NCBI RefSeq assembly: GCF_900111795.1
Contig: NZ_FOJQ01000011.1
Span: 15,220-39,219 of the forward strand
DNA length: 24,000 nt
From: Anoxybacillus pushchinoensis
Lineage (GTDB): Bacteria; Bacillota; Bacilli; Bacillales; Anoxybacillaceae
Direction: 5' to 3'
Shown here: piece after piece, positions 16,931 to 24,000 of the stretch
Position numbering within the stretch: the stretch's first letter is position 1
Layout of the letters: each line of letters opens with the position of its first letter
The notes under the pieces: model-generated
The model's database searches: none
What the model was told of the DNA's origin: nothing
The model's input: only the letters and a program-made list of their open reading frames with translations
Position numbers and translations under genes: made by a program

Positions 16931-17361
16931 TAATGGCAATGACCACAATGACTATGCTTCACTTGAGCTCCTGTTTCCCCGCGCAGCACGTCGCCACCCG
17001 TCGATGTAATAATTTCATCCGTCACCGTCTTTGAAATGGTCGAAGCAACAAGCTGCAACAAATCATTAATTTCTACTTGTGATTGTTTGAATTGCTCTAC
17101 AATTGGAATGTCTGATAGTTGCTCATATATGTCATCAATTTGCGCTTCAACTTTTTTTAACGCCTCAGTCTTTCCGTAATGTTGTAAATTTACAGCTTGT
17201 TTTTGTAAAGACTTAATTTTAGTGATCATCGTACGCACTTTTTCATTTTCATGAATTTTTGCCTCTGCCTGTTTAAAAATCTCAACTTCTTCCGTTTCAG
17301 CGATCATTTTAGCTAACTCTCTTGCTTTTTGTACGATCTCATCTTTCGTATATTTCGCCAC
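16930..17361 (-). CDS. ricA: RicA (YmcA), subunit of the RicAFT Fe-S regulatory complex
   Basis: The 143-aa ORF MAKYTKDEIVQKARELAKMIAETEEVEIFKQAEAKIHENEKV...LQKQAVNLQHYGK...NDLLQLVASTISKTVTDEIITSTGGDVLRGETG parallels B. subtilis YmcA as I recall it. It shows the conserved miaB-ymcA-cotE order. GTG start with GAGGTG 7 nt upstream. Confidence 0.85.
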   Translation of the reverse strand: MAKYTKDEIVQKARELAKMIAETEEVEIFKQAEAKIHENEKVRTMITKIKSLQKQAVNLQHYGKTEALKKVEAQIDDIYEQLSDIPIVEQFKQSQVEINDLLQLVASTISKTVTDEIITSTGGDVLRGETGAQVKHSHCGHCH

Positions 17362-17380
17362 GTTATTTCACCTCAATCGC

Positions 17381-18943
17381 TTATTCTACCATTTCTCCGT
17401 TTAATGTCCATGTTTTCGCTTCAGTAATCCGCACGTTTACAAGTTGACCGATCGCAGACTTTGGACCAATAAAATTAACAAGTTTGTTTTTGCGCGTGTA
17501 TCCTGCAAGAACATTCGGGTTGTTTTTGCTTTCTCCCTCTACTAATACTTCGACAACTTGTCCTTCATATTCCTTCATTTTTTTCGCAGAAATTTCGTTG
17601 ACTAATGCATTTAACCGTTGCAGACGTTCTTTTTTCACTTCCATCGGTACGTTATCAACCATTTTTGCTGCTGGCGTCCCTTCACGCGGCGAGTAAATGA
17701 ACGTAAACGCAGAATCAAATTCAACTTCGCGATATAACGACAACGTTTCTTCAAATTGCTCGTCCGTCTCATTTGGGAAACCGACAATAATATCTGTCGT
17801 GAGTGCCACACCTGGAATCGCCTCTTTAATTTTACGAACAAGCTCTAAATATTGTTCACGTGTATATTTCCGTGCCATCATTTTTAACACTTCGCTACTT
17901 CCAGATTGGACTGGTAAGTGAATATGCTCGACTAAATTTCCACCTTTCGCCAACACCTCGATTAAATGATCGTCAAAATCGCGCGGATGACTTGTTGTGA
18001 AACGAATGCGTGGAATATCGATCTTGCGCAATTCATCCATTAAATGGCCAAGACCGTATTTCATATCAGTAAAATCTTTTCCATATGCGTTGACGTTTTG
18101 ACCTAAAAGAGTAATTTCTTTATATCCTTGTGCCGCTAAATGACGTACTTCTTGAATAATATCTTCTGGACGACGGCTTCGCTCTTTTCCTCGCGTATAC
18201 GGAACGATACAGTACGTACAAAACTTATCGCAGCCGTACATAATGTTAACCCATGCTTTAATGTTCCCTTTCCGCACTTTTGGTAAATTCTCGATGACAT
18301 CGCCTTCCTTTGACCAAACTTCTACAACCATTTCTTTTGACATATACGCTTCTTTCAAAATGTAAGGAAGGCGGTGAATGTTATGAGTACCAAAAATCAT
18401 GTCAACATATTGGAACTGCTTTAAAATTTTATTAACAACCGACTCCTCTTGTGACATACAGCCACATACCCCGAGCAATAAGTCTGGGTTGTTTTGCTTA
18501 AGAGGTTTTAAGTGGCCGATTTCCCCAAACACTTTATTTTCCGCGTTTTCACGAATTGCACACGTATTTAACAAAATGACATTGGCATCTTCAGGACGAT
18601 CCGTTGGCTCATAGCCGAGAGCCATAAAAATTCCCGCCATCACTTCTGTATCGTGTTCATTCATTTGACAGCCGTACGTACGAATATAAAACTTTCGCCC
18701 ATTCCCCATGCCGCGGAATTCTTCAGGAATAGAAAAATCTTTATGATATTTCACTTCCTCTTTTCCCCGTTTTTTCGCTTCCTTCAGAGACGGTGGGACA
18801 AATACAGTCGAAAAATATTTTTCATAGTCTTGGCTCGTTTTTTGCTTCAAGCGATGTAAATTCTCATCCAAGGCGGATTTTTTGTCCGTTGGATGATCTG
18901 TTTCAATTTGTGCTGTGTACTGTAAACGTTGTTTTTCGTTCAT
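17381..18943 (-). CDS. miaB: tRNA-i6A37 methylthiotransferase MiaB (YmcB), radical SAM
   Basis: The UPF0004 N-domain ([16 protein letters not shown]), the radical-SAM CxxxCxxC motif ([12 protein letters not shown]) and a C-terminal TRAM domain are present. ATG start with AAAGGAG 7 nt upstream. Confidence 0.94.
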   Translation of the reverse strand: MNEKQRLQYTAQIETDHPTDKKSALDENLHRLKQKTSQDYEKYFSTVFVPPSLKEAKKRGKEEVKYHKDFSIPEEFRGMGNGRKFYIRTYGCQMNEHDTEVMAGIFMALGYEPTDRPEDANVILLNTCAIRENAENKVFGEIGHLKPLKQNNPDLLLGVCGCMSQEESVVNKILKQFQYVDMIFGTHNIHRLPYILKEAYMSKEMVVEVWSKEGDVIENLPKVRKGNIKAWVNIMYGCDKFCTYCIVPYTRGKERSRRPEDIIQEVRHLAAQGYKEITLLGQNVNAYGKDFTDMKYGLGHLMDELRKIDIPRIRFTTSHPRDFDDHLIEVLAKGGNLVEHIHLPVQSGSSEVLKMMARKYTREQYLELVRKIKEAIPGVALTTDIIVGFPNETDEQFEETLSLYREVEFDSAFTFIYSPREGTPAAKMVDNVPMEVKKERLQRLNALVNEISAKKMKEYEGQVVEVLVEGESKNNPNVLAGYTRKNKLVNFIGPKSAIGQLVNVRITEAKTWTLNGEMVE

Positions 18944-18984
18944 CGGTATTCTCCTTTCTTTTGTTCATAGATGCACACTAACAT

Positions 18985-19013
18985 AGTATATTATTTTCCG
19001 AGCGTTTAAACAA
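18985..19013 (-). promoter_or_regulatory. Candidate sigma-A promoter for miaB-ricA (TTGTTT-17 nt-TATACT)
   Basis: On the minus strand, TTGTTT (complement of 19008-19013) is followed by a 17-nt spacer and TATACT (complement of 18985-18990). It lies between the korB terminator and the miaB start. Confidence 0.35.
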
Positions 19014-19024
19014 TGTTTTTCCAT

Positions 19025-19057
19025 AAAAAAGAGGATGGTTTTCACCACCCTCTTTTT
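19025..19057 (-). terminator. Rho-independent terminator after korB
   Basis: The minus-strand stem AAGAGGGTGG pairs with CCATCCTCTT (10 bp including one G-U) around the loop TGAAAA. TTTTTATGG follows, and the element starts directly after the korB stop. Confidence 0.7.
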
Positions 19058-19924
19058 CTACATAAACTCCGCAACAAGTTGATCGAATTTTTCTTTACTG
19101 ATTGTTAAATCCGCTTCTGTCAATGGTTTCTCGCTATAACCTGGCACAAGGTCTTGGTACGATTGACGTTCTTTGTTTTGATAAATGAGCCCTGTCACAA
19201 GTCCTTTATGCTTCATTAACGTTTGCATCGCCATCTCTCGGTTAGATGGGTCATATCCTTCGATCGAGCTTAAGCTCGTTAAATTGTCTTTAAACCAATC
19301 ATAAGTGTTCACTTTGTTGTATGTGACGCACGGGCTAAACACGTTAATGAGCGAAAAGCCTTTATGCTTTATACCTTCCTCGATTAGCTGCGTCAACTCT
19401 TTTAAGTCACTAGAAAAGCTTTGGGCGACGAATGTTGCCCCAGCTGTTAACGCCATTTCCATAACCGATAGGGCTGGTTCTACTGAGCCTTGAGGCGTAC
19501 TCTTCGTTTTAAAACCAACCTCACTGCGCGGAGATGTTTGTCCTTTTGTCAAGCCGTAAATTTGGTTATCCATAACGATGTACGTAATGTCGATATTGCG
19601 TCGAATCGCGTGAATCGTGTGACCCATTCCAATCGCAAATCCGTCGCCATCACCACCAGCCGCAATGACAGTTAAGTCGCGATTTGCCATTTTTACCCCT
19701 TGAGCAATTGGGAGGGCACGGCCGTGCACACCGTGAAAACCGTATGAGTTAATGTAACCAGAAATACGACCGGAACAACCGATACCAGATACAACAACTA
19801 GTTCGTGTGGTTCAAGTCCAACGTTAGCGGCAGCACGTTGAATCGCTGCTTGCACGGAAAAGTCGCCACAACCTGGACACCAGTTCGGTTTAATGTTATT
19901 ACGGAAATCTTTAAATGTCGCCAT
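19058..19924 (-). CDS. korB: 2-oxoglutarate/2-oxoacid:ferredoxin oxidoreductase beta subunit (TPP-binding)
   Basis: MATFKDFRNNIKPNWCPGCGDFSVQ... and the TPP motif GGDGDGFAIGMGH are present. I chose the ATG at 19924, 2 nt after the korA stop, giving 288 aa. The track ORF adds 7 codons that overlap korA. Confidence 0.9.
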   Translation of the reverse strand: MATFKDFRNNIKPNWCPGCGDFSVQAAIQRAAANVGLEPHELVVVSGIGCSGRISGYINSYGFHGVHGRALPIAQGVKMANRDLTVIAAGGDGDGFAIGMGHTIHAIRRNIDITYIVMDNQIYGLTKGQTSPRSEVGFKTKSTPQGSVEPALSVMEMALTAGATFVAQSFSSDLKELTQLIEEGIKHKGFSLINVFSPCVTYNKVNTYDWFKDNLTSLSSIEGYDPSNREMAMQTLMKHKGLVTGLIYQNKERQSYQDLVPGYSEKPLTEADLTISKEKFDQLVAEFM

Positions 19925-19926
19925 GT

Positions 19927-21663
19927 TTAAAACAACTCCTTGCATTTTGTATAAACTTCGTGCGGTAAGAACGGATTGCCGTCATATTTCAGCACGTTAA
20001 ACACTTTTTCAGCATGTCCAACGTTCATTTTCAAAATGTTAGCAAGTTGTCCTGTTGCGTTATTTTCAACAACAACTACTTTTTTCGCTGACTGCACAAG
20101 CGGCAACATTTCTTCCGTTGGGAACGGATGAATGAGACGAACATGAGCGTGGTTTACTTTTATACCGTCGCGCTCTAAACGTTCCATCGCCTCTTCAATC
20201 GCCCCACGCGTCGAGTTAAACCCAACGATCAATAAATCCGCATCTTCATGCTGCACATGTTTATGAACTGGTGTCGGGAATTGAAGATGTTTTAGCTTCC
20301 GTAAACGCTTATCCATTTGCACAATACGATTTGCTGCTACTTCGGATGGACGGCCCGTCTCATCGTGCTCGACACCTGTCACATGGTGAATTCCATTTTT
20401 CATACCTGGCAATACGCGAGGTGACACGCCATCTTCTGTCACTTCATATCGCTTGAAGCAACCTTTATCCGGAATTTCAGGAAGTTCTCCTGTGACAAGC
20501 TTACCGCGACGAATATCAATTTTATCGTACTCAAGCGGCTCTACTGTTTGCTTTCCTAACGAGAGCTGTAAGTCTGTTAAAACGATAACTGGGCATTGAT
20601 ACTCTTCCGCAATGTTAAACGCTTCGATCATATCATAAAACGCCTCTTGTACAGTACTTGGCGCCATGACTACTTTCGGAATCTCTCCATGCGTACCGTA
20701 AATCATTGCCATTAAATCAGATTGTTCTTGTTTTGTCGGTAGACCTGTGCTCGGACCGCCGCGTTGCGTATCAACGATAACGATTGGCGTTTCTGTAATC
20801 CCAGCTAATCCGATCGCTTCCATCATGAGCGAAAGACCCGGCCCAGCAGAAGCAGTTAACGTGCGTACTCCTGCGTAATTTGCACCGATAGCCATTGTAC
20901 ACGCCGCAATTTCATCTTCTGTTTGAATGACCGTACCACCGAACTGTGGAAGCTTTTTAATTAAATATTCCATAATTTCAGAAGCTGGCGTAATTGGATA
21001 AGCAGCCATGAAGCGCGCGCCACCAGCTAGAGCACCGAGCGCAATGGCGTCATTCCCAATCATAAACATTCTCTTTTTGCCGTCCGCTTTTTCAAGTTGC
21101 ATTAATTGAATATTTTCACCAAGTTGTTCACGCATAAACTGAGCGCCCGCTCTGATCGCTTCCATGTTTTTTGCAACAACTTGTTCACCTTTGCGACCGA
21201 AAATCTCCTGAACGACCCCTTCGTATACACGAATGTCAAGACCGAGTACTGCGCTTGAGGCTCCGACTGCAACCATGTTTTTCATTAATGCTGTCCCTAG
21301 CCCTGTTGCAATATCAGTGAATGGAACCGCATACAACTTAGCTCTTGACTCGTCTGGAATCGTCGGATTAAACTTCGCATCCGCAATAACGATCCCACCT
21401 TGACGCAACTCATGAAAGTTGAAATCAATCGTCTCTTGGTCAAAAGCTACTAATATATCAAGATCATCGGCAATTGAACGAACTTGTGTCGTGCTAACAC
21501 GAATTTTATTGTTCGTGTGACCACCTTTAATTCGAGATGAAAAGTGGCGATAACCGTATAAATAGTAGCCTAGTCGGTTGAGCGCAATGGAGAATATCTC
21601 CCCTGTACTTTCAATACCTTCCCCTTGTTGTCCTCCAACTTTCCACGAAAGTTGACTAATCAT
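19927..21663 (-). CDS. korA: 2-oxoglutarate/2-oxoacid:ferredoxin oxidoreductase alpha subunit
   Basis: The 578-aa ORF begins MISQLSWKVGGQQGEGIESTGEIFSIALNRLGYYLYGYRHFSSRIKGGHTN (gamma-like domain) and continues into a pyruvate-flavodoxin/ferredoxin oxidoreductase core. RBS AAAGGGGTG lies 6 nt upstream. Confidence 0.9.
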   Translation of the reverse strand: MISQLSWKVGGQQGEGIESTGEIFSIALNRLGYYLYGYRHFSSRIKGGHTNNKIRVSTTQVRSIADDLDILVAFDQETIDFNFHELRQGGIVIADAKFNPTIPDESRAKLYAVPFTDIATGLGTALMKNMVAVGASSAVLGLDIRVYEGVVQEIFGRKGEQVVAKNMEAIRAGAQFMREQLGENIQLMQLEKADGKKRMFMIGNDAIALGALAGGARFMAAYPITPASEIMEYLIKKLPQFGGTVIQTEDEIAACTMAIGANYAGVRTLTASAGPGLSLMMEAIGLAGITETPIVIVDTQRGGPSTGLPTKQEQSDLMAMIYGTHGEIPKVVMAPSTVQEAFYDMIEAFNIAEEYQCPVIVLTDLQLSLGKQTVEPLEYDKIDIRRGKLVTGELPEIPDKGCFKRYEVTEDGVSPRVLPGMKNGIHHVTGVEHDETGRPSEVAANRIVQMDKRLRKLKHLQFPTPVHKHVQHEDADLLIVGFNSTRGAIEEAMERLERDGIKVNHAHVRLIHPFPTEEMLPLVQSAKKVVVVENNATGQLANILKMNVGHAEKVFNVLKYDGNPFLPHEVYTKCKELF

Positions 21664-21782
21664 GTCTTACACCCCTTTAAAGTTCCATCAATTGTAACAT
21701 TACATTGTACGATTATAAGTGTAGCACTTTTCCAAGAAAAGCTCTACCATTTCACATTGATTTTTTTCGAAAAATTTCATAT

Positions 21783-21797
21783 ACTAAACGCTTTCAT
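21783..21797 (-). promoter_or_regulatory. cre-like (CcpA) half-conserved site overlapping the candidate korA promoter
   Basis: The minus strand reads ATGAAAGCGTTTAGT. Against the recalled consensus WTGNAANCGNWNNCW, the left half and central CG are perfect and one mismatch falls in the right half. It overlaps the end of the TAGAAT -10. Confidence 0.3.
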
Positions 21798-21824
21798 TCT
21801 AGCCCTATTGAAAAGAAATTGCAA
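21796..21824 (-). promoter_or_regulatory. Candidate sigma-A promoter for korAB (TTGCAA-17 nt-TAGAAT)
   Basis: TTGCAA (21819-21824) is followed by a 17-nt spacer and TAGAAT (complement of 21796-21801), about 130 nt upstream of the korA ATG. Confidence 0.35.
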
Positions 21825-21862
21825 CATATTTGTTACAAAAGTGTGAATTTCTTTTTCATTTT

Positions 21863-22786
21863 TTATTGAGGAATTCGCTCATAAAAATTACAAAACAAAA
21901 ACTTTTTCACTTGTTCTTCTTTAAAATGCTTTAACAATTCGTCAATAAAATGTGTGTAGTGCGCAACGTTTCCTAATTGTTCGACCGTTTCAAAAATGCC
22001 ATCAAAGTCAGATCCGAACCCGATATGGTTTTCTCCACCTAACGAACAAATATGATCAATATGACGGAGCACATCTGTTACTGTCGTTTTCTGGACATCA
22101 TGACGCAAAAATTGCGGCACAAACGTCACACCAATCACCCCGTTTTTCTTAATGAGCGCTTGAATTTGATCATCGCGCAAATTGCGGGGATGCGGACAAA
22201 CTGTATAAGCATTCGAGTGTGAAGCAATCGGGTAATGAGCCAATTCAATGACATCCCAAAACGCACGTTCACTTAAATGCGACACATCTGTCCAACATTG
22301 TTGTTCATTTAACAAATGAACAACATCTTTTCCAAATTTGGTTAATCCACCACCACGTTGTTCAAGTGCACCGTCAGCTACCATGTTGGCATCATTCCAT
22401 GTTAATCCAACGGAACGAACGCCGAGACGGAGCAATGTACGCAATTGTATTAAGCTTTCTCCAATCGCTTCACATCCTTCCAATGTAAGCATAGCCCCAA
22501 CTTCATTTGGCTGCAATTGATCAATTTCTCTTTTTGAGCGGACCATTTTCATATTTGGTTGTGAAACAATTTTCTCATAAAAATAATCAACCATCTCTAA
22601 AGCGACAAAAAAGCGCGACTCCGGTCTTACTTGTTTCGGAATATAAATCGCAAACGCTTGTACAGTTACTCCCGCCTGTTTCAAGCCATCGTACGTCACA
22701 TGTAACGATGTGCTCCGTTCAAATGACAAATGTTGATCACAAAATAATTGGTATAAAACATCACAATGAGCATCAAATATACGCAC
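21863..22786 (-). CDS. Membrane (renal-type) dipeptidase, peptidase family M19
   Basis: The N-terminal IFDAHCDVL metal-binding motif, the HSN motif and GFGSDFDGI are present. I chose the GTG at 22786 because GGAGGG lies 6 nt upstream. ATG 22792 abuts the RBS, and the track start at 22828 has none. Confidence 0.85.
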   Translation of the reverse strand: MRIFDAHCDVLYQLFCDQHLSFERSTSLHVTYDGLKQAGVTVQAFAIYIPKQVRPESRFFVALEMVDYFYEKIVSQPNMKMVRSKREIDQLQPNEVGAMLTLEGCEAIGESLIQLRTLLRLGVRSVGLTWNDANMVADGALEQRGGGLTKFGKDVVHLLNEQQCWTDVSHLSERAFWDVIELAHYPIASHSNAYTVCPHPRNLRDDQIQALIKKNGVIGVTFVPQFLRHDVQKTTVTDVLRHIDHICSLGGENHIGFGSDFDGIFETVEQLGNVAHYTHFIDELLKHFKEEQVKKFLFCNFYERIPQ

Positions 22787-22831
22787 AACCATCCCTCCAT
22801 TAGACGCGTTCAGTTCCAAAACAATCATAAG

Positions 22832-22868
22832 ATAAAAATAACCTGTTTGCTTTTAAGCAAACAGGTTT
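22832..22868 (-). terminator. Rho-independent terminator after spoVS
   Basis: A perfect 11-bp inverted repeat, AACCTGTTTGC (22840-22850) and GCAAACAGGTT (22857-22867), is followed by ATTTTTATC on the minus strand. Confidence 0.75.
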
Positions 22869-22875
22869 ATGTTTA

Positions 22876-23136
22876 TTAACGCGGTTCAACGATCAGTTTG
22901 ATCGCCGTCCGCTCCTCTCCATCAATTTGAATATCCGTAAACGCAGGAATACAAATGAGATCGACTCCGCTCGGTGCTACGAATCCTCGCGCGATCGCTA
23001 CTGCCTTAACGGCCTGATTCAATGCACCTGCGCCAATGGCTTGAATTTCAGCGGCACCGCGTTCTCTTAACACGCCTGCAAGTGCACCAGCTACGGAATT
23101 AGGATTAGATTTTGCTGAAACTTTTAATATTTCCAT
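22876..23136 (-). CDS. spoVS: Stage V sporulation protein S
   Basis: The 86-aa ORF MEILKVSAKSNPNSVAGALAGVLRERGAAEIQAIGAGALNQAVKAVAIARGFVAPSGVDLICIPAFTDIQIDGEERTAIKLIVEPR is essentially the canonical SpoVS sequence. RBS GAGGGGGA upstream. Confidence 0.97.
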   Translation of the reverse strand: MEILKVSAKSNPNSVAGALAGVLRERGAAEIQAIGAGALNQAVKAVAIARGFVAPSGVDLICIPAFTDIQIDGEERTAIKLIVEPR

Positions 23137-23194
23137 TTCTAGTTCCCCCTCGTTTCTTACAATTGCTTATAAAAAGCTGTACTATTCATTATAT

Positions 23195-23222
23195 ATTCAT
23201 CCCTGTTTGCTTGTATTCCTGC
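23195..23222 (-). promoter_or_regulatory. Candidate sigma-H promoter for spoVS
   Basis: The minus strand reads GCAGGAATA, then 14 nt, then TGAAT. This fits the recalled sigma-H pattern RWAGGAXXT-14-HGAAT apart from two flanking positions. B. subtilis spoVS is sigma-H dependent. Confidence 0.5.
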
Positions 23223-23261
23223 TACACTATGTATTTTTTCAGAAAAATATAAAAAGAGGGA

Positions 23262-24000
23262 CTAATCAAAATAAGGGTGATCATCATTAATCATGATACG
23301 CTGAATTGATTTTGTTTTTCCATTTTTTTCGTCCAATTCAATAAGGACAGCGTTCAATTGCGTCCTCCCTGCCGTAACTTCAAAACGCACCGGCAAACCT
23401 GTTAAAAATTTGCGCAGTACTGCCTCACGATCTACTCCTAAAACACCATCATAAGGCCCGGTCATGCCGACATCGGTGATATAACCTGTTCCATTTGGCA
23501 AAATACGTGAATCAGCTGTTTGAACGTGTGTATGCGTGCCGACAACAGCGCTTACTCGGCCGTCTAAATGCCATCCCATCGCTTGTTTCTCACTCGTGGC
23601 TTCCGCATGAAAATCAACAAAAATAAACGGGGTGCGGGCAAGAGCTATTTCCACTAATTCGTCTGCTTTTTTGAACGGGCAATCGATCACTGGCAAAAAT
23701 GTTCTTCCTTGCAAACTAATTACAGCTATTTCATACCCTTCGACATGAATGAACACCATTCCTTTTCCAGGTGTACCAGCTGGAAAATTAGCTGGGCGAA
23801 CGAGCATTTTTGCTTGATCAATAAATTCGAAAACTTCTCGATTGTCCCATGCGTGGTTACCAAGCGTTACAACATGCACCCCGATTTCTAAAAAGCGACG
23901 GTATATTTTTTCTGTAATTCCCTTTCCCCCCGCTGCATTTTCCCCATTTACAATAACCACATGTGGCTTGTATTTCTCTTTAAGTTTTGGCACGTATTCA
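23262..24000 (-). CDS. ymdB: YmdB-family metallophosphoesterase (2',3'-cyclic-nucleotide 2'-phosphodiesterase), C-terminal part; the 5' end lies beyond the right edge
   Basis: The frame is open to the window edge. ...EYVPKLKEKYKPHVVIVNGENAAGGKGITEKIY...GNHAWD...VDFHAEATSEKQAMGWHLDGRVSAVVGTHTHVQTAD...DVGMTGPYDGVLG parallels B. subtilis YmdB. About 20 N-terminal residues, including the first metal-binding motif, are missing. Confidence 0.92.
   Translation of the reverse strand, partial: EYVPKLKEKYKPHVVIVNGENAAGGKGITEKIYRRFLEIGVHVVTLGNHAWDNREVFEFIDQAKMLVRPANFPAGTPGKGMVFIHVEGYEIAVISLQGRTFLPVIDCPFKKADELVEIALARTPFIFVDFHAEATSEKQAMGWHLDGRVSAVVGTHTHVQTADSRILPNGTGYITDVGMTGPYDGVLGVDREAVLRKFLTGLPVRFEVTAGRTQLNAVLIELDEKNGKTKSIQRIMINDDHPYFD

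Noticed and set aside
21693-21704. TGTAA-CA-TTACA palindrome in the korA leader, resembling TnrA/GlnR half-sites
   Set aside because: The half-site spacing is 2 nt rather than the required 7. No 17-nt TGTNAN7TNACA alignment can be made in either register.
21712-21740. Proximal korA promoter candidate (TTTTCT-17 nt-TATAAT)
   Set aside because: The -10 is perfect, but the -35 matches TTGACA at only 3 of 6 positions. I kept it as a note in the korAB finding and did not list it as a feature.
16162-22828. N-terminal extensions in the ORF track for mutS (to 16179), cotE (to 16796), korB (to 19945) and the dipeptidase (to 22828)
   Set aside because: In each case an internal start codon has a properly spaced Shine-Dalgarno and matches the conserved family N-terminus. 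The extended starts lack an RBS.
77-23891. Many 60-158-aa ORFs antisense to or out of frame with the large genes, for example 77-343(+), 740-997(+), 1582-1989(+), 4715-4960(-), 5159-5617(+), 8046-8348(+), 8623-8862(-), 8970-9176(-), 13126-13602(+), 16294-16602(+), 16648-17034(+), 17697-17921(+) and 22507-22803(+)
   Set aside because: All lie inside strongly supported genes. Their translations are low-complexity or Ser/Cys/Arg-rich, they resemble no family I recognise, and they lack an RBS. These are typical shadow ORFs.
1-24000. Search for CRISPR repeats, tRNA/rRNA genes, IS elements, terminal inverted repeats, integrases, toxin-antitoxin pairs or defence-island gene content
   Set aside because: I saw no periodic direct repeats, no cloverleaf-like segments in the short intergenic regions, and no transposase-, recombinase- or nuclease/helicase-type ORFs of unknown function. 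Every ORF over 200 nt that is not a shadow ORF is assigned to a familiar family.

Overview
Almost the whole window is one minus-strand run of well-known Bacillaceae housekeeping and sporulation genes. Reading the minus strand from right to left: ymdB (partial), spoVS, an M19 dipeptidase, korA, korB, miaB, ricA (ymcA), cotE, mutS, mutL, miaA, hfq, spoVK, an acyl-CoA ligase, an acyl-CoA dehydrogenase fragment fused to a second ligase fragment, a 3-hydroxyacyl-CoA dehydrogenase and a thiolase. Next comes the only plus-strand gene, a UPF0126/TRIC-family membrane protein, followed by hflX, ynbB, glnR and glnA (partial). Gene content and synteny with the Bacillus subtilis ymdB-to-glnA region suggest a spore-forming, probably thermophilic Bacillaceae such as Anoxybacillus or Geobacillus; I cannot confirm this without a database search. 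I saw no rRNA, tRNA, CRISPR array, transposase, integrase, phage gene or recognisable defence gene. I do not see a convincing novel system here. The most unusual content is the acyl-CoA module at 4750-9160, which looks like it is decaying. It holds an out-of-frame deletion scar joining half an acyl-CoA dehydrogenase gene to the tail of a ligase gene. Its thiolase matches the C-terminal active-site signature at every position except the catalytic Cys, which is Tyr. Its 3-hydroxyacyl-CoA dehydrogenase has Thr where the conserved Asn is expected. Other observations are lower value: regulatory sites (glnRA operators, a sigma-H-like spoVS promoter, a cre-like site at korA), a Cys/His-rich RicA tail, and an unexplained 226-bp mutL-miaA spacer. 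All promoter, terminator and operator calls come from reading the sequence by eye and are unverified.
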